A DNA stretch of 25,972 bases from Tolypothrix carrinoi HA7290-LM1 (GTDB taxonomy: Bacteria > Cyanobacteriota > Cyanobacteriia > Cyanobacteriales > Nostocaceae), in the NCBI GenBank assembly GCA_019358935.1, contig JAHHIK010000118.1, positions 1 to 25,972 on the forward strand. Direction: 5' to 3'. The translations under genes and the position numbers were made by a program. Position 1 is the first letter of the stretch. Every line of letters starts with the position of its first letter. Positions 1 to 8,180 of this stretch are shown piece after piece. Below the pieces are notes generated by a model that had not been told where the DNA came from, ran no database searches, and worked only from the letters and a program-made list of their open reading frames with translations.

Positions 1-121
1 GGAGTGAAAAATCAACCCTGAAAGCTATCGCAAAGTGCAAAATTCCAGATTCCAATTTTACGACCCAAATAGACCTTGCGATCGCAGCTTAATTTCCGCA
101 CCTTTTTTATGGTGACCTGTA
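1..121. mobile_element. End of an insertion sequence (probably IS630 family) running in from outside the window
   Basis: Reverse complement of 92-123 matches 25852-25883 at 27/32 nt. It ends ...GGTGACCTG followed by TA (120-121), after which DJ-1-like coding sequence resumes. Confidence 0.65.
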
Positions 122-720
122 CTAAGAACCCGCGGCTAGACAACCCAATCATTTTGTCAAAATGGTTACCGGATAGGCCTTACTGGAGTTCTCCGAAATT
201 TCTTCGGGAAATGGAAGCCTACTACCAAGCGCTCGACGAAGTGCAGAAGGATTTGGAACAATACGATGCTATTCTGATAGTGGGAGGTAGTGGCCCGATC
301 ATCGATTTGGCCAATAACCATAGGGTTCACGATCTCATCCTTAGCTTTTACAGGATGGGGAAGCAGATTGCAGCAGAATGCTACGGTGTTGCTTGTCTCG
401 CCTTTGCTCGCGACCTTGGGGACCGTAAGAGCATTATCTGGGGTAAGCACGTCACAGGTCATTGCAAGGAATATGATTATCTGGATGGAACCGGATTTGT
501 AGGAACTGACATTAATATTGGTCCGCCCCCCTATCCGCTAGAGTATATCCTCCGTGATGCTACGGGTCCAGACGGGCAATACCATGGCAATGTCGGTAAA
601 GGGATCTCCGTGATTGTTGACTATCCGTTTATCACGGGTCGCTCTACTCCAGACTCTTATATGACTGGTCAGAAGTTGGTGGAAGTCTTAGAGAGAGGAC
701 TTACGCGGTACGGGTGGTAA
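122..720 (+). pseudogene. DJ-1/PfpI (class I glutamine amidotransferase-like) protein, N-terminally truncated by IS insertion
   Basis: YDAILIVGGSGP strand/loop, nucleophile-elbow Cys in IAAECYG, VTG and ITGR motifs. The first ~15 aa of ORF 76..720 derive from the IS end, and the N-terminal strand carrying the conserved Glu is missing. Confidence 0.75.
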
Positions 721-738
721 ATAACCAGGAGGAAATGT

Positions 739-1848
739 ATGCGTTACAAACTGCTGGGAAATAGTGGACTTCGTGTTTCTGAACTTTGCCTTGGAGCAAT
801 GACTTTCGGTACTGACTGGGGATGGGGGGCAGACAAAGATACAAGCCGCCAAATTTATGAGGCTTTCCGAGAAACAGGTGGCAACTTCATTGACACGGCT
901 AACTTTTATACGGGAGGCACCAGTGAGAAACTGATTGGTGAATTTATTTCCTCTGAGCGTGATCGCGTCGTACTTGCCACTAAATACTCGTCCTCAATGG
1001 ATGACGACAACCCTAATGCATCTGGTAATAGCCGCAAGAACATGATGCAGTCGGTGGAGGCTAGTCTTAAGCGATTGGGTACTGACTACATCGACCTTTA
1101 TTGGGTACACACCTGGGATTTCATGACGCCCATTGAAGAGGTCATGCGGGGTCTTGATGACCTCGTACGTCAAGGCAAAGTGCTTTACGTTGGTATCTCA
1201 GATACACCCGCTTGGATTGTAAGCCAAGCTCAGATGCTTGCCGAATTGCGCGGCTGGTCACCGTTTGTTGGGCTTCAAATTGAGTACAACCTTGTCGAGC
1301 GCACTATAGAGCGGGAGTTTCTACCAATGGCACGCTCCCTCGACCTCGGCGTACTCGCATGGAGTCCTCTAGGAGGCGGCATCCTTACGGGTAAGTACAA
1401 CAGGGAGAACGGACAAGCTGGGAGTAATAATAGCGAGTCTACTCGTCAAGATGCCATGAAGCTTCATCAAATGAACTCGCGCAGTCTCGCCATTGCCGAT
1501 GAGGTACAAGAAATAGCAAGGGAGATTGATCGCCAACCAGCTCAAATTGCACTCAACTGGGTACGGCAGAAGGGAGCCATCCCTATCGTGGGTGCAACTA
1601 AGCTCTCACACATTAAGAACAACCTTGGCTGCCTTGAATTCGATCTGAGTGCAGACCAGATGACACGACTTGATGAGGTCACCGAGATCGAGATGGGCTT
1701 CCCCTACGACTTCTACCCATATGTGCGTCAAGCTATGTATGGTAATATCTTGAGTCAAATTGACCATCACCGAGCTAATAGAAGTGGTTTTCCCATCACG
1801 CTCTCGCGCGTTAAGAATGAAGCAACAGCTAAAGCATGGAGCCGTTAA
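739..1848 (+). CDS. Aldo/keto reductase (aryl-alcohol dehydrogenase-like)
   Basis: LGNSGLRVSELCLG start; catalytic tetrad motifs IDTANFY, LATK and LYWVH; WSPLGGG; RBS AGGAGG at ~727-732. Confidence 0.93.
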   Translation: MRYKLLGNSGLRVSELCLGAMTFGTDWGWGADKDTSRQIYEAFRETGGNFIDTANFYTGGTSEKLIGEFISSERDRVVLATKYSSSMDDDNPNASGNSRKNMMQSVEASLKRLGTDYIDLYWVHTWDFMTPIEEVMRGLDDLVRQGKVLYVGISDTPAWIVSQAQMLAELRGWSPFVGLQIEYNLVERTIEREFLPMARSLDLGVLAWSPLGGGILTGKYNRENGQAGSNNSESTRQDAMKLHQMNSRSLAIADEVQEIAREIDRQPAQIALNWVRQKGAIPIVGATKLSHIKNNLGCLEFDLSADQMTRLDEVTEIEMGFPYDFYPYVRQAMYGNILSQIDHHRANRSGFPITLSRVKNEATAKAWSR

Positions 1849-1856
1849 ACTTGTAG

Positions 1857-1882
1857 CGGATGCCAGGTATTCCTGGTATCCG
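1857..1882 (+). terminator. Stem-loop downstream of AKR (possible terminator or processing site)
   Basis: CGGATGCCAGG-TATT-CCTGGTATCCG, 11-bp stem with one G-U pair; no clear U tract. Confidence 0.4.
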
Positions 1883-1970
1883 GAGAGCGTGAAAGCTTTT
1901 TGACCTACAGGTAAGATTATCGATATCGTCCGAATAGAGTTTTCTTATGACTCATTTAGGATTGCTATAT

Positions 1971-1996
1971 ATATTGCAAACAATTGTTTGCAATAT
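1971..1996. promoter_or_regulatory. Perfect 26-bp palindrome, candidate repressor operator
   Basis: ATATTGCAAACAATTGTTTGCAATAT equals its own reverse complement and ends 32 bp upstream of the ATG at 2029. Confidence 0.65.
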
Positions 1997-2028
1997 GCAG
2001 TCGTCAAGATAAAAGGTAGGACATAAAT

Positions 2029-3063
2029 ATGAAAGCAATCGTACTCCATTCTTTTGGAAGTGTTGAAAATCTTCAACTTTCGGATTGGCCAAAACCTGAG
2101 CCGCAGGAAGGTGAGGTGCGGATCTGGATACAAGCAACCTCTGTTAATCCCATTGACTACAAATTACGACAAGGCCACTTCGGCGGAGAGTTGCCCATGA
2201 TTCTCGGTCACGATTTGGCCGGTATTGTTGATGCCGTAGGAGGTGGTGTGACTGATCTTTCCGTAGGTGATGAAGTATACGCTTTTCTTGGTGGACAAAA
2301 AAGCAACGGTTCCTATGCTGAATATGTCTGTGTATCAACCGACTTTGTAAGCAAGAAGCCGTCGAACCTATCGTTTGCCCAGGCAGCTGCCGTTCCCTTA
2401 GTCGGGTTAACCGCCTATAAGTGTGTAGTGGAGAAAGCAAAAGTGCAAGCTGGTGAGGCAGTCTTTATTACTGGTGCAACTGGAGGCGTTGGCTCTATAG
2501 CCATTCAACTTGCCCGCTATCTCGGAGCCGACCCTATCATTACCACTGCTGGAAGCGATGACAGTGCCGACTATCTGATCCAATTGGGTATCTTGCCTGA
2601 GTACGTTCTCCGTTACAAAAACCTGTCTCTTGAACAACTCAAGGATCAAGTGCTGAAAATGAACGGTGGTCAACCTGTAAGGGCAGCCTTCGACTTTGTA
2701 GGCGGTGATATGAAACGATTGTGCTGTAGCGTCATCGGTTTTGATGGGCGTGTCGTATCCATCATGCAAGAGCCGAATGATTTTACTCTCAACCTTTGGG
2801 ATTACGTAAAAAGTCCTCTGTTCTCTAAGTCTGCGACGTTTCACTTTGAGTTTCTCGGTTCCCGTGGGCTGTTCGGCGAGCCTGAGACTTGGAATATGTA
2901 CCGAAAAGAACTCAATGCCCTTACAGAATTGCTCGAAGCTAACTACATTAAACCTCCAGCTATCACCGATGTGGGCAGTCTTTCGGCTGAATCAGCTCGC
3001 CGTGCACACACCATACTTGAAGAAGGACACGCAAAAGGAAAACTGGTCGTCTCGGTTGGTTAA
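2029..3063 (+). CDS. NADP-dependent oxidoreductase, MDR superfamily (quinone oxidoreductase/zeta-crystallin-like, Zn-independent)
   Basis: SVNPIDYK, ILGHDLAGIV, GSYAEY, ITGATGGVG Rossmann motif, C-terminal GKLVV; no cluster of Zn-ligand cysteines. Confidence 0.92.
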   Translation: MKAIVLHSFGSVENLQLSDWPKPEPQEGEVRIWIQATSVNPIDYKLRQGHFGGELPMILGHDLAGIVDAVGGGVTDLSVGDEVYAFLGGQKSNGSYAEYVCVSTDFVSKKPSNLSFAQAAAVPLVGLTAYKCVVEKAKVQAGEAVFITGATGGVGSIAIQLARYLGADPIITTAGSDDSADYLIQLGILPEYVLRYKNLSLEQLKDQVLKMNGGQPVRAAFDFVGGDMKRLCCSVIGFDGRVVSIMQEPNDFTLNLWDYVKSPLFSKSATFHFEFLGSRGLFGEPETWNMYRKELNALTELLEANYIKPPAITDVGSLSAESARRAHTILEEGHAKGKLVVSVG

Positions 3064-3099
3064 ATTCAGGTCTTGCTTGGCTCTCCAAACCAAGTAGAC

Positions 3100-3172
3100 A
3101 AGTAGAACCGAAACAATGCAAACTTGCTCGGAAAGATCGACCCTTGCGGTCGTGTTTCGCGCTCCCTAAACT
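3100..3172 (+). promoter_or_regulatory. Conserved promoter module, copy 1 (upstream of ThDP enzyme)
   Basis: AAGTAGAACCGAAACAATGCAAACTTGCTCGGAAAGATCGACCC, then TTGCGG (3144-3149), N17, TAAACT (3167-3172); 56/73 ungapped identity to 9923-9995. Confidence 0.75.
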
Positions 3173-3267
3173 GATCATCAAAGACTTAAGAAAAAGCCAC
3201 TAGCATTTTCAGTTAAGAATCTAGTGCCCCTAAGGAAATTTAACCAATTGGACTTTGAAACAACTTC

Positions 3268-5022
3268 ATGAGTGCCGCAACAAAACAGATTACGTTTAAG
3301 GAAGCGGAAGTTATAGCTAATAGAAATGGTCGCTTTGCCATCATTGAACAACTTCTCGCAGATGGTATACGCTACATGTTTGGCAACCCCGGTACAGTCG
3401 AAGAGGGGTTCCTGGACGCGTTGAGCGACTATTACCCAGAATTTAAATATATCTTCGCATTGCAAGAGACGATAGCGGTGGCAGCAGCAGACGGTTACGC
3501 CCGCGTCACCAAGAAACCAACAGTAGTGCAACTCCATAGCGGAGTTGGTCTCGGTAACGGGATTGGGATGATGTACCAGGCAATGCGCGGTCATGCACCA
3601 CTGGTAATACTGGCTGGTGAAGCTGGTATTAAATACGATGCTATGGATGCCCAAATGGCTGCCGACCTTGTGAGCATGGCCAAGCCTGTGACAAAATGGG
3701 CAACCCGGGTCGTTCATCCCTCTTCTCTCTTGCGTGTGCTGCGCCGAGCCATCAAGATAGCTGCCACGCCCCCTATGGGTCCTGTGTTCGTCAGTTTACC
3801 AATGGATGTGCTGGACGCTCCTAATTACGAAGAGGTAGTTCCGACTTCTTTTCCGGTGACACGGGTTGCCCCCGAACCCGACCAGCTTGCAAAGGCGGCA
3901 GCTATGCTAGCCGTTGCATCGGAGCCACTGCTAATTGTGGGTGACGGTGTAGCTGTTTCCGATGCGCAGGCTGAATTGACCCGGGTGGCCGAACTCACTG
4001 GTGCACAGGTCTGGGGAGCAGACTCATCTGAACCGAACATGAACGCCACGCATCCTCTGTTCGGAGGGCTGCTGGGTCACATGTTTGGAGATGATAGCCA
4101 CCGCACTACATCGCAGGCGGACGTGATCTTGATTGTTAGAACTTACGTGTTACCCGAGGTATTCCCTGCCCTGTCCGGCGTTTTTGCTTCGGGATCAAAA
4201 GTGATTCACATAGACCTAAATACCTACGAGATAGCAAAGAACTTCCCGGTAAATCTCGGACTGCTTGGCGATCCGAAAACCACGCTCGCCAAGCTGACCA
4301 TTGCGATCGAGACAACCATGACGGTTGAAAACAAGGAGGCGGCAAACGAGAGGGCTGTCTTGATAGCAGAGGCCAAGAAGCAGAGATTGGCTGCTCTGTT
4401 TGAGGCCGACAAGGCTGTTCACGATTCAGTACCTCTGCATATGTCACGTTTCGCCGAGGAGCTAGCTGCCCAGTTGCCACAAGATGCGATTATCTTCGAT
4501 GAAGCACTTACCAATTCTCCCGAACTGTGTCGGTACATACCACCTACGACGCTGGGACAATATTTCCAGACGCGAGGCGGCTCGTTAGGCGTCGGCATTC
4601 CTGGGGCGATTGGAATCAAACTGGCTCATCCGGATAAAACTGTGATTGGGTTGACAGGCGATGGCGGCAGTATGTACACTATCCAGGCACTCTGGACGGC
4701 TGCACACCACAATATCGATGCGAAATTCGTCATCTGTAACAATCAGGGCTATCAAATACTGAAGCTCAATATTCTGCATTATTGGGGCGAACATCAGATA
4801 CCGGAGCACGACTATCCATCTTCTTTTAATATATGCGACCCGGATATACGTTTCGATGAGTTAGCACGTGCCATGGGAGTTCAGGCTGTTCGGGTTGAGA
4901 AGCCAGACCAGATTGGTCCAGCTATCCAGAAAGCTTTGGATCACGACGGTCCCTTCCTGATTGATTTAGTGCTTACGAACGAAATTTCGGGCACAAAGAT
5001 TGGCGTTAAATGTGGTCAATAG
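3268..5022 (+). CDS. Thiamine diphosphate-dependent enzyme, benzoylformate decarboxylase (MdlC)-like
   Basis: MFGNPGTVE, catalytic Glu in LQETIAVAAADGYAR, QLHSGVGLGN, RGGSLGVGIPGAIG, ThDP motif GDGGSMY...CNNQGY. Confidence 0.9.
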   Translation: MSAATKQITFKEAEVIANRNGRFAIIEQLLADGIRYMFGNPGTVEEGFLDALSDYYPEFKYIFALQETIAVAAADGYARVTKKPTVVQLHSGVGLGNGIGMMYQAMRGHAPLVILAGEAGIKYDAMDAQMAADLVSMAKPVTKWATRVVHPSSLLRVLRRAIKIAATPPMGPVFVSLPMDVLDAPNYEEVVPTSFPVTRVAPEPDQLAKAAAMLAVASEPLLIVGDGVAVSDAQAELTRVAELTGAQVWGADSSEPNMNATHPLFGGLLGHMFGDDSHRTTSQADVILIVRTYVLPEVFPALSGVFASGSKVIHIDLNTYEIAKNFPVNLGLLGDPKTTLAKLTIAIETTMTVENKEAANERAVLIAEAKKQRLAALFEADKAVHDSVPLHMSRFAEELAAQLPQDAIIFDEALTNSPELCRYIPPTTLGQYFQTRGGSLGVGIPGAIGIKLAHPDKTVIGLTGDGGSMYTIQALWTAAHHNIDAKFVICNNQGYQILKLNILHYWGEHQIPEHDYPSSFNICDPDIRFDELARAMGVQAVRVEKPDQIGPAIQKALDHDGPFLIDLVLTNEISGTKIGVKCGQ

Positions 5023-5229
5023 TTAACCGAGGTTTGTGCTGATTCAAGGCGTTGCATAGTTGTGGGATGATGCTGTCTCTAAATTCAGTTTGGAATTTTC
5101 AAAAACAAGAGGATATAAATTTAGCAATCACCCCTATCATCCCTGGATTATACAGTGCCTACATGACTAAAGTAGCACCTCTAAATGAACCAAAATTGAA
5201 GGAATTTACAGCAGCTTGGAGCACTTACT

Positions 5230-5931
5230 ATGATTCATCAACTCATATTTGCCCATCCCAAACTTGGAATGAGTGAAAAGGATTTTCAGGACTACTGGAA
5301 AAATGTTCATGCCATTAAGTACGCTAGCAAAATTCCTCAAATCAAGCGTTACATGATTGATTCGAGGATTCCCTTTGGAACCGAGCCAGAAGATCCATTG
5401 TGGAGTGGCGTTGCTGAGATCTGGTTAGAGAATGAGGAAGAACAACTTGCCTCCCTTCAAACTAAAGAGTTTTTAGAGGGGGCACGTTTGGATGAACCAA
5501 CCTGGGCAGCATTTTGGCGCACCGTAGTGCTGGATACAACTGCTCACACCCTGCTGGAAGGACTTCCCCTCCAAAAAAACTCCACAATGGTGAAACTTTT
5601 TATTCTGGCTAAGCGTAAACCAGGAATGCCTTTGGAGGATTTTCGTCAGAAGATGTTGGAAATTCATGCACCCAACGTGCTGAAACTTCCTGGTCTGCGG
5701 CGCTATCTCCAGTGTCATGTCCGGGATGGTTTCTATGCAGTCGGGGAAGCGCTTCTCGATTGTGTTTCTCAGCTTTGGTTTGATGACATCCAGGCGCTGG
5801 AAAAAGCTTATAAGTCTCCAGAATATGAAAATGGAGTCAAGCCGGACTTTGCCAATCTTTTCGAACCCAAATACATCCATACTATGGTAACTGATGAAAC
5901 CTGGATTATCGGACCAGAATTTCGCCTGTGA
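5230..5931 (+). CDS. EthD-domain protein with two tandem EthD (dimeric alpha/beta barrel) domains
   Basis: Two homologous halves: KLGMSEKDFQDYWKNVHA...GVAEIW and RKPGMPLEDFRQKMLEIHA...DCVSQLWFD. Confidence 0.85.
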   Translation: MIHQLIFAHPKLGMSEKDFQDYWKNVHAIKYASKIPQIKRYMIDSRIPFGTEPEDPLWSGVAEIWLENEEEQLASLQTKEFLEGARLDEPTWAAFWRTVVLDTTAHTLLEGLPLQKNSTMVKLFILAKRKPGMPLEDFRQKMLEIHAPNVLKLPGLRRYLQCHVRDGFYAVGEALLDCVSQLWFDDIQALEKAYKSPEYENGVKPDFANLFEPKYIHTMVTDETWIIGPEFRL

Positions 5932-6166
5932 AAAATACTTTTCAACAATCATGAGTGAACGATGATTCTGCTGAAGAGGTGGGGAAAGGTCTAAGAGAAT
6001 TCCTTTTACCCTATACAACCTGTTTTTTTCCTAACTTCTACAAGAAGCATTAGGAACATAGTTCGCAACAAAAAAATAAAATTTTTCTTCCCCATTCCCC
6101 ATGTTCATGTAAAAAGCTCAAGCTAGTGCGTGATGATACGATTATCAAACTTTAGGAGGCAATTTT

Positions 6167-7654
6167 ATGGATGAACAGAGCGTAAAAGAAAGAGAGACTT
6201 ATGAGGTTGCAAAACGTTGGTTTAATGCACTAGCACAAGGCGATGTTGAGACAGCCCTTAATTGCCTGGCTAATGATGTGGAGTGGTTTAACTACACCAT
6301 AATTCCTGGGTTTAATGACATAATGCCTTGGATTGGAACATATCATGGTGTCGAACAAGTAGTTGAAACATTTAAAATTTTTACCGGGCTGGTCGAAGTT
6401 AAGTTTGAGGAACTGGTTAAATTGGCTGTTCAGGGAGAAGAAGCAGCAGGAGTTATACATGAACGCTCCCTGGTTAAAGCTACAGGTCTGGAATTTGAAA
6501 TTGAGTTCGTCCAGTGGCTTACTATCCGCAACGGAAAGATTGTAAGGTGGAAATCCTACACTGATCCATCCTCCATCGTTAGGGCACTGCGAGGAGATTT
6601 ACGCAAGCGCTTGGTCGAAGCCGTTGAAAATGATGATCTTGAGATAACCAGATACCTTCTCCGACATGGTGCAGATCCTAACTCCCGCAATCCTGAAAGT
6701 GGGCTAACGGTTCTCATGATAGCTGCTGGTAAAGCTAATGCAGAGATAGTGAAAACTTTGTTAGATGCTGGTGCGGATGTATTTGCTGTAGACAGTATTG
6801 CAGGTGCATCAGCTCTACATAAGGCTTGCCAGGCAGGTAGTATCGAAGTTGCTCGACTGCTTGTCGAAGCAGGAGCTTTCATTGACTGGGCTGTACCAGC
6901 AACTGGACATACGCCTTTGATAGAAGCTTTGTGGTTTAAGTCTCCCGATATCGTGGAGTATTTGCTGCAAAAGGGTGCGGGTTTGAATATTAACACTCAT
7001 TATGGCTTCACCTTGTTGGAGCATTTTCAGTATGCTCTGAATGTTAACGTCATTGGAAAAGAAAAGTTACTTCAAGCAGATAAAATGCTGAAGGAACGTC
7101 ATAAGTCAGATGAGGAAAAAATCCAGAGCCAAAAGTTGATGGCTGTTGTAACTAGTAATGACATCGCAACGGTAAAACAACTGATTCAATCAGGCGTTGA
7201 CGTCGATGAAAGATATCCAATCCTCAATGGCTTTAATGACTACCACACTCCCTTGTTAGTAGCTGCACGGGACGGGCATACGGAAATTGTCGTAGAACTT
7301 CTGAAAGCTGGGGCGGATGTAAATGCAACAGAGCCAACTTTCGGAGCAGTCCCATTGCACAAGGCTGTATACAACGGTCATGCAGACATTACCACAATAC
7401 TAGTTGAACAGCCTGGTATTGATATCAATTTTCAGGGAGCAACAAACGGCTACACACCCCTTCACGATGCGATTTGGCATGGATTTGCTGACTGCACCCA
7501 AATTTTGATTGAAGCTGGGGCTAGGCTTGACCTGAAGGGACATGATGGTAAAACCCCATTGAATATAGCTATAGAAGTCTTTGGTTTAAAACATGAGGTT
7601 GTCCAACTGATTCAGTCAAAACTGTCAAAGTTGGAGTTTGCTAAGGCTGCTTAG
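6167..7654 (+). CDS. SnoaL/NTF2-like domain fused to ankyrin repeats
   Basis: N-terminal ~135 aa SnoaL pattern (WFNALAQGDVETALNCLANDVEW...LTIRNGKIVRWKSYTD), then ankyrin repeats (GHTPL, YHTPLLVAARDGH, GYTPLHDA, GKTPL); RBS AGGAGG. Confidence 0.9.
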   Translation: MDEQSVKERETYEVAKRWFNALAQGDVETALNCLANDVEWFNYTIIPGFNDIMPWIGTYHGVEQVVETFKIFTGLVEVKFEELVKLAVQGEEAAGVIHERSLVKATGLEFEIEFVQWLTIRNGKIVRWKSYTDPSSIVRALRGDLRKRLVEAVENDDLEITRYLLRHGADPNSRNPESGLTVLMIAAGKANAEIVKTLLDAGADVFAVDSIAGASALHKACQAGSIEVARLLVEAGAFIDWAVPATGHTPLIEALWFKSPDIVEYLLQKGAGLNINTHYGFTLLEHFQYALNVNVIGKEKLLQADKMLKERHKSDEEKIQSQKLMAVVTSNDIATVKQLIQSGVDVDERYPILNGFNDYHTPLLVAARDGHTEIVVELLKAGADVNATEPTFGAVPLHKAVYNGHADITTILVEQPGIDINFQGATNGYTPLHDAIWHGFADCTQILIEAGARLDLKGHDGKTPLNIAIEVFGLKHEVVQLIQSKLSKLEFAKAA

Positions 7655-7780
7655 ACATCGCGTTTGCTGCGAGACTTGATCCACCCTAAGTTGTGATTCA
7701 AAGGTGTAGCCTACCTGTGTAGGTGAGGGATATGGGAAGAGGGACACATTTAATCAGATTCTAAAAGGAGATGTAGCATT

Positions 7781-8089
7781 ATGCTGTTTTACGTTCAAAT
7801 GCGCTGGAACTACGAAGGAAGAATAACGTTAGATCAACTGTGGGAAATTGAGGAAAAGGAAATTGTACGCGCAAAGGAAACTGTAGATTCAGGCGAAGTA
7901 AAGGCTTTGTATAAGGTTGCTGCACAGAAGCGCGTTATTGCCATTGTGGAAGTGGAGTCAGCTGATGAATTAGACCGAAATGCCTTAGGTCGTCTACCAA
8001 TGCGGGAGTACCTAGAGTTCGAGACGATTTGGCCATTGCGAGAGTATGAGAGCTTTGCTGAAGATGTAAAAGCTCGCTACAAGGTTTAA
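7781..8089 (+). CDS. Muconolactone delta-isomerase (CatC-like) family protein
   Basis: 102 aa with MLFYVQM start, E..RA.E....G....LYKV, VESADEL, LPMREYLE...PL; RBS AGGAG. Confidence 0.75.
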   Translation: MLFYVQMRWNYEGRITLDQLWEIEEKEIVRAKETVDSGEVKALYKVAAQKRVIAIVEVESADELDRNALGRLPMREYLEFETIWPLREYESFAEDVKARYKV

Positions 8090-8180
8090 TCCAAAGTTAC
8101 CCCACAGTTTGAACCAGGCTAAGCCTAAAACCCTTTTACTGTAGCGATTTTAGAACATCGGTTCAGTAATCAATAAGCTA

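Noticed and set aside
696..706. AGGACTTACGC match to the IS701-type TIR inside the DJ-1 gene
   Set aside because: Only 11 nt, within an apparently intact C-terminal coding sequence; likely chance.
3268..5022. Assignment as acetolactate synthase (ilvB), scytonemin ScyA or a furanolide-pathway ThDP enzyme
   Set aside because: Motifs (FGNPG..E, LHS..G.GN) fit the MdlC-like group better, and the partner genes of those pathways are absent from the window.
3178..6996. Minus-strand ORFs such as 3178..3717, 4136..4480, 5473..6018 and 6556..6996
   Set aside because: They overlap well-supported + strand genes and show no recognisable motifs.
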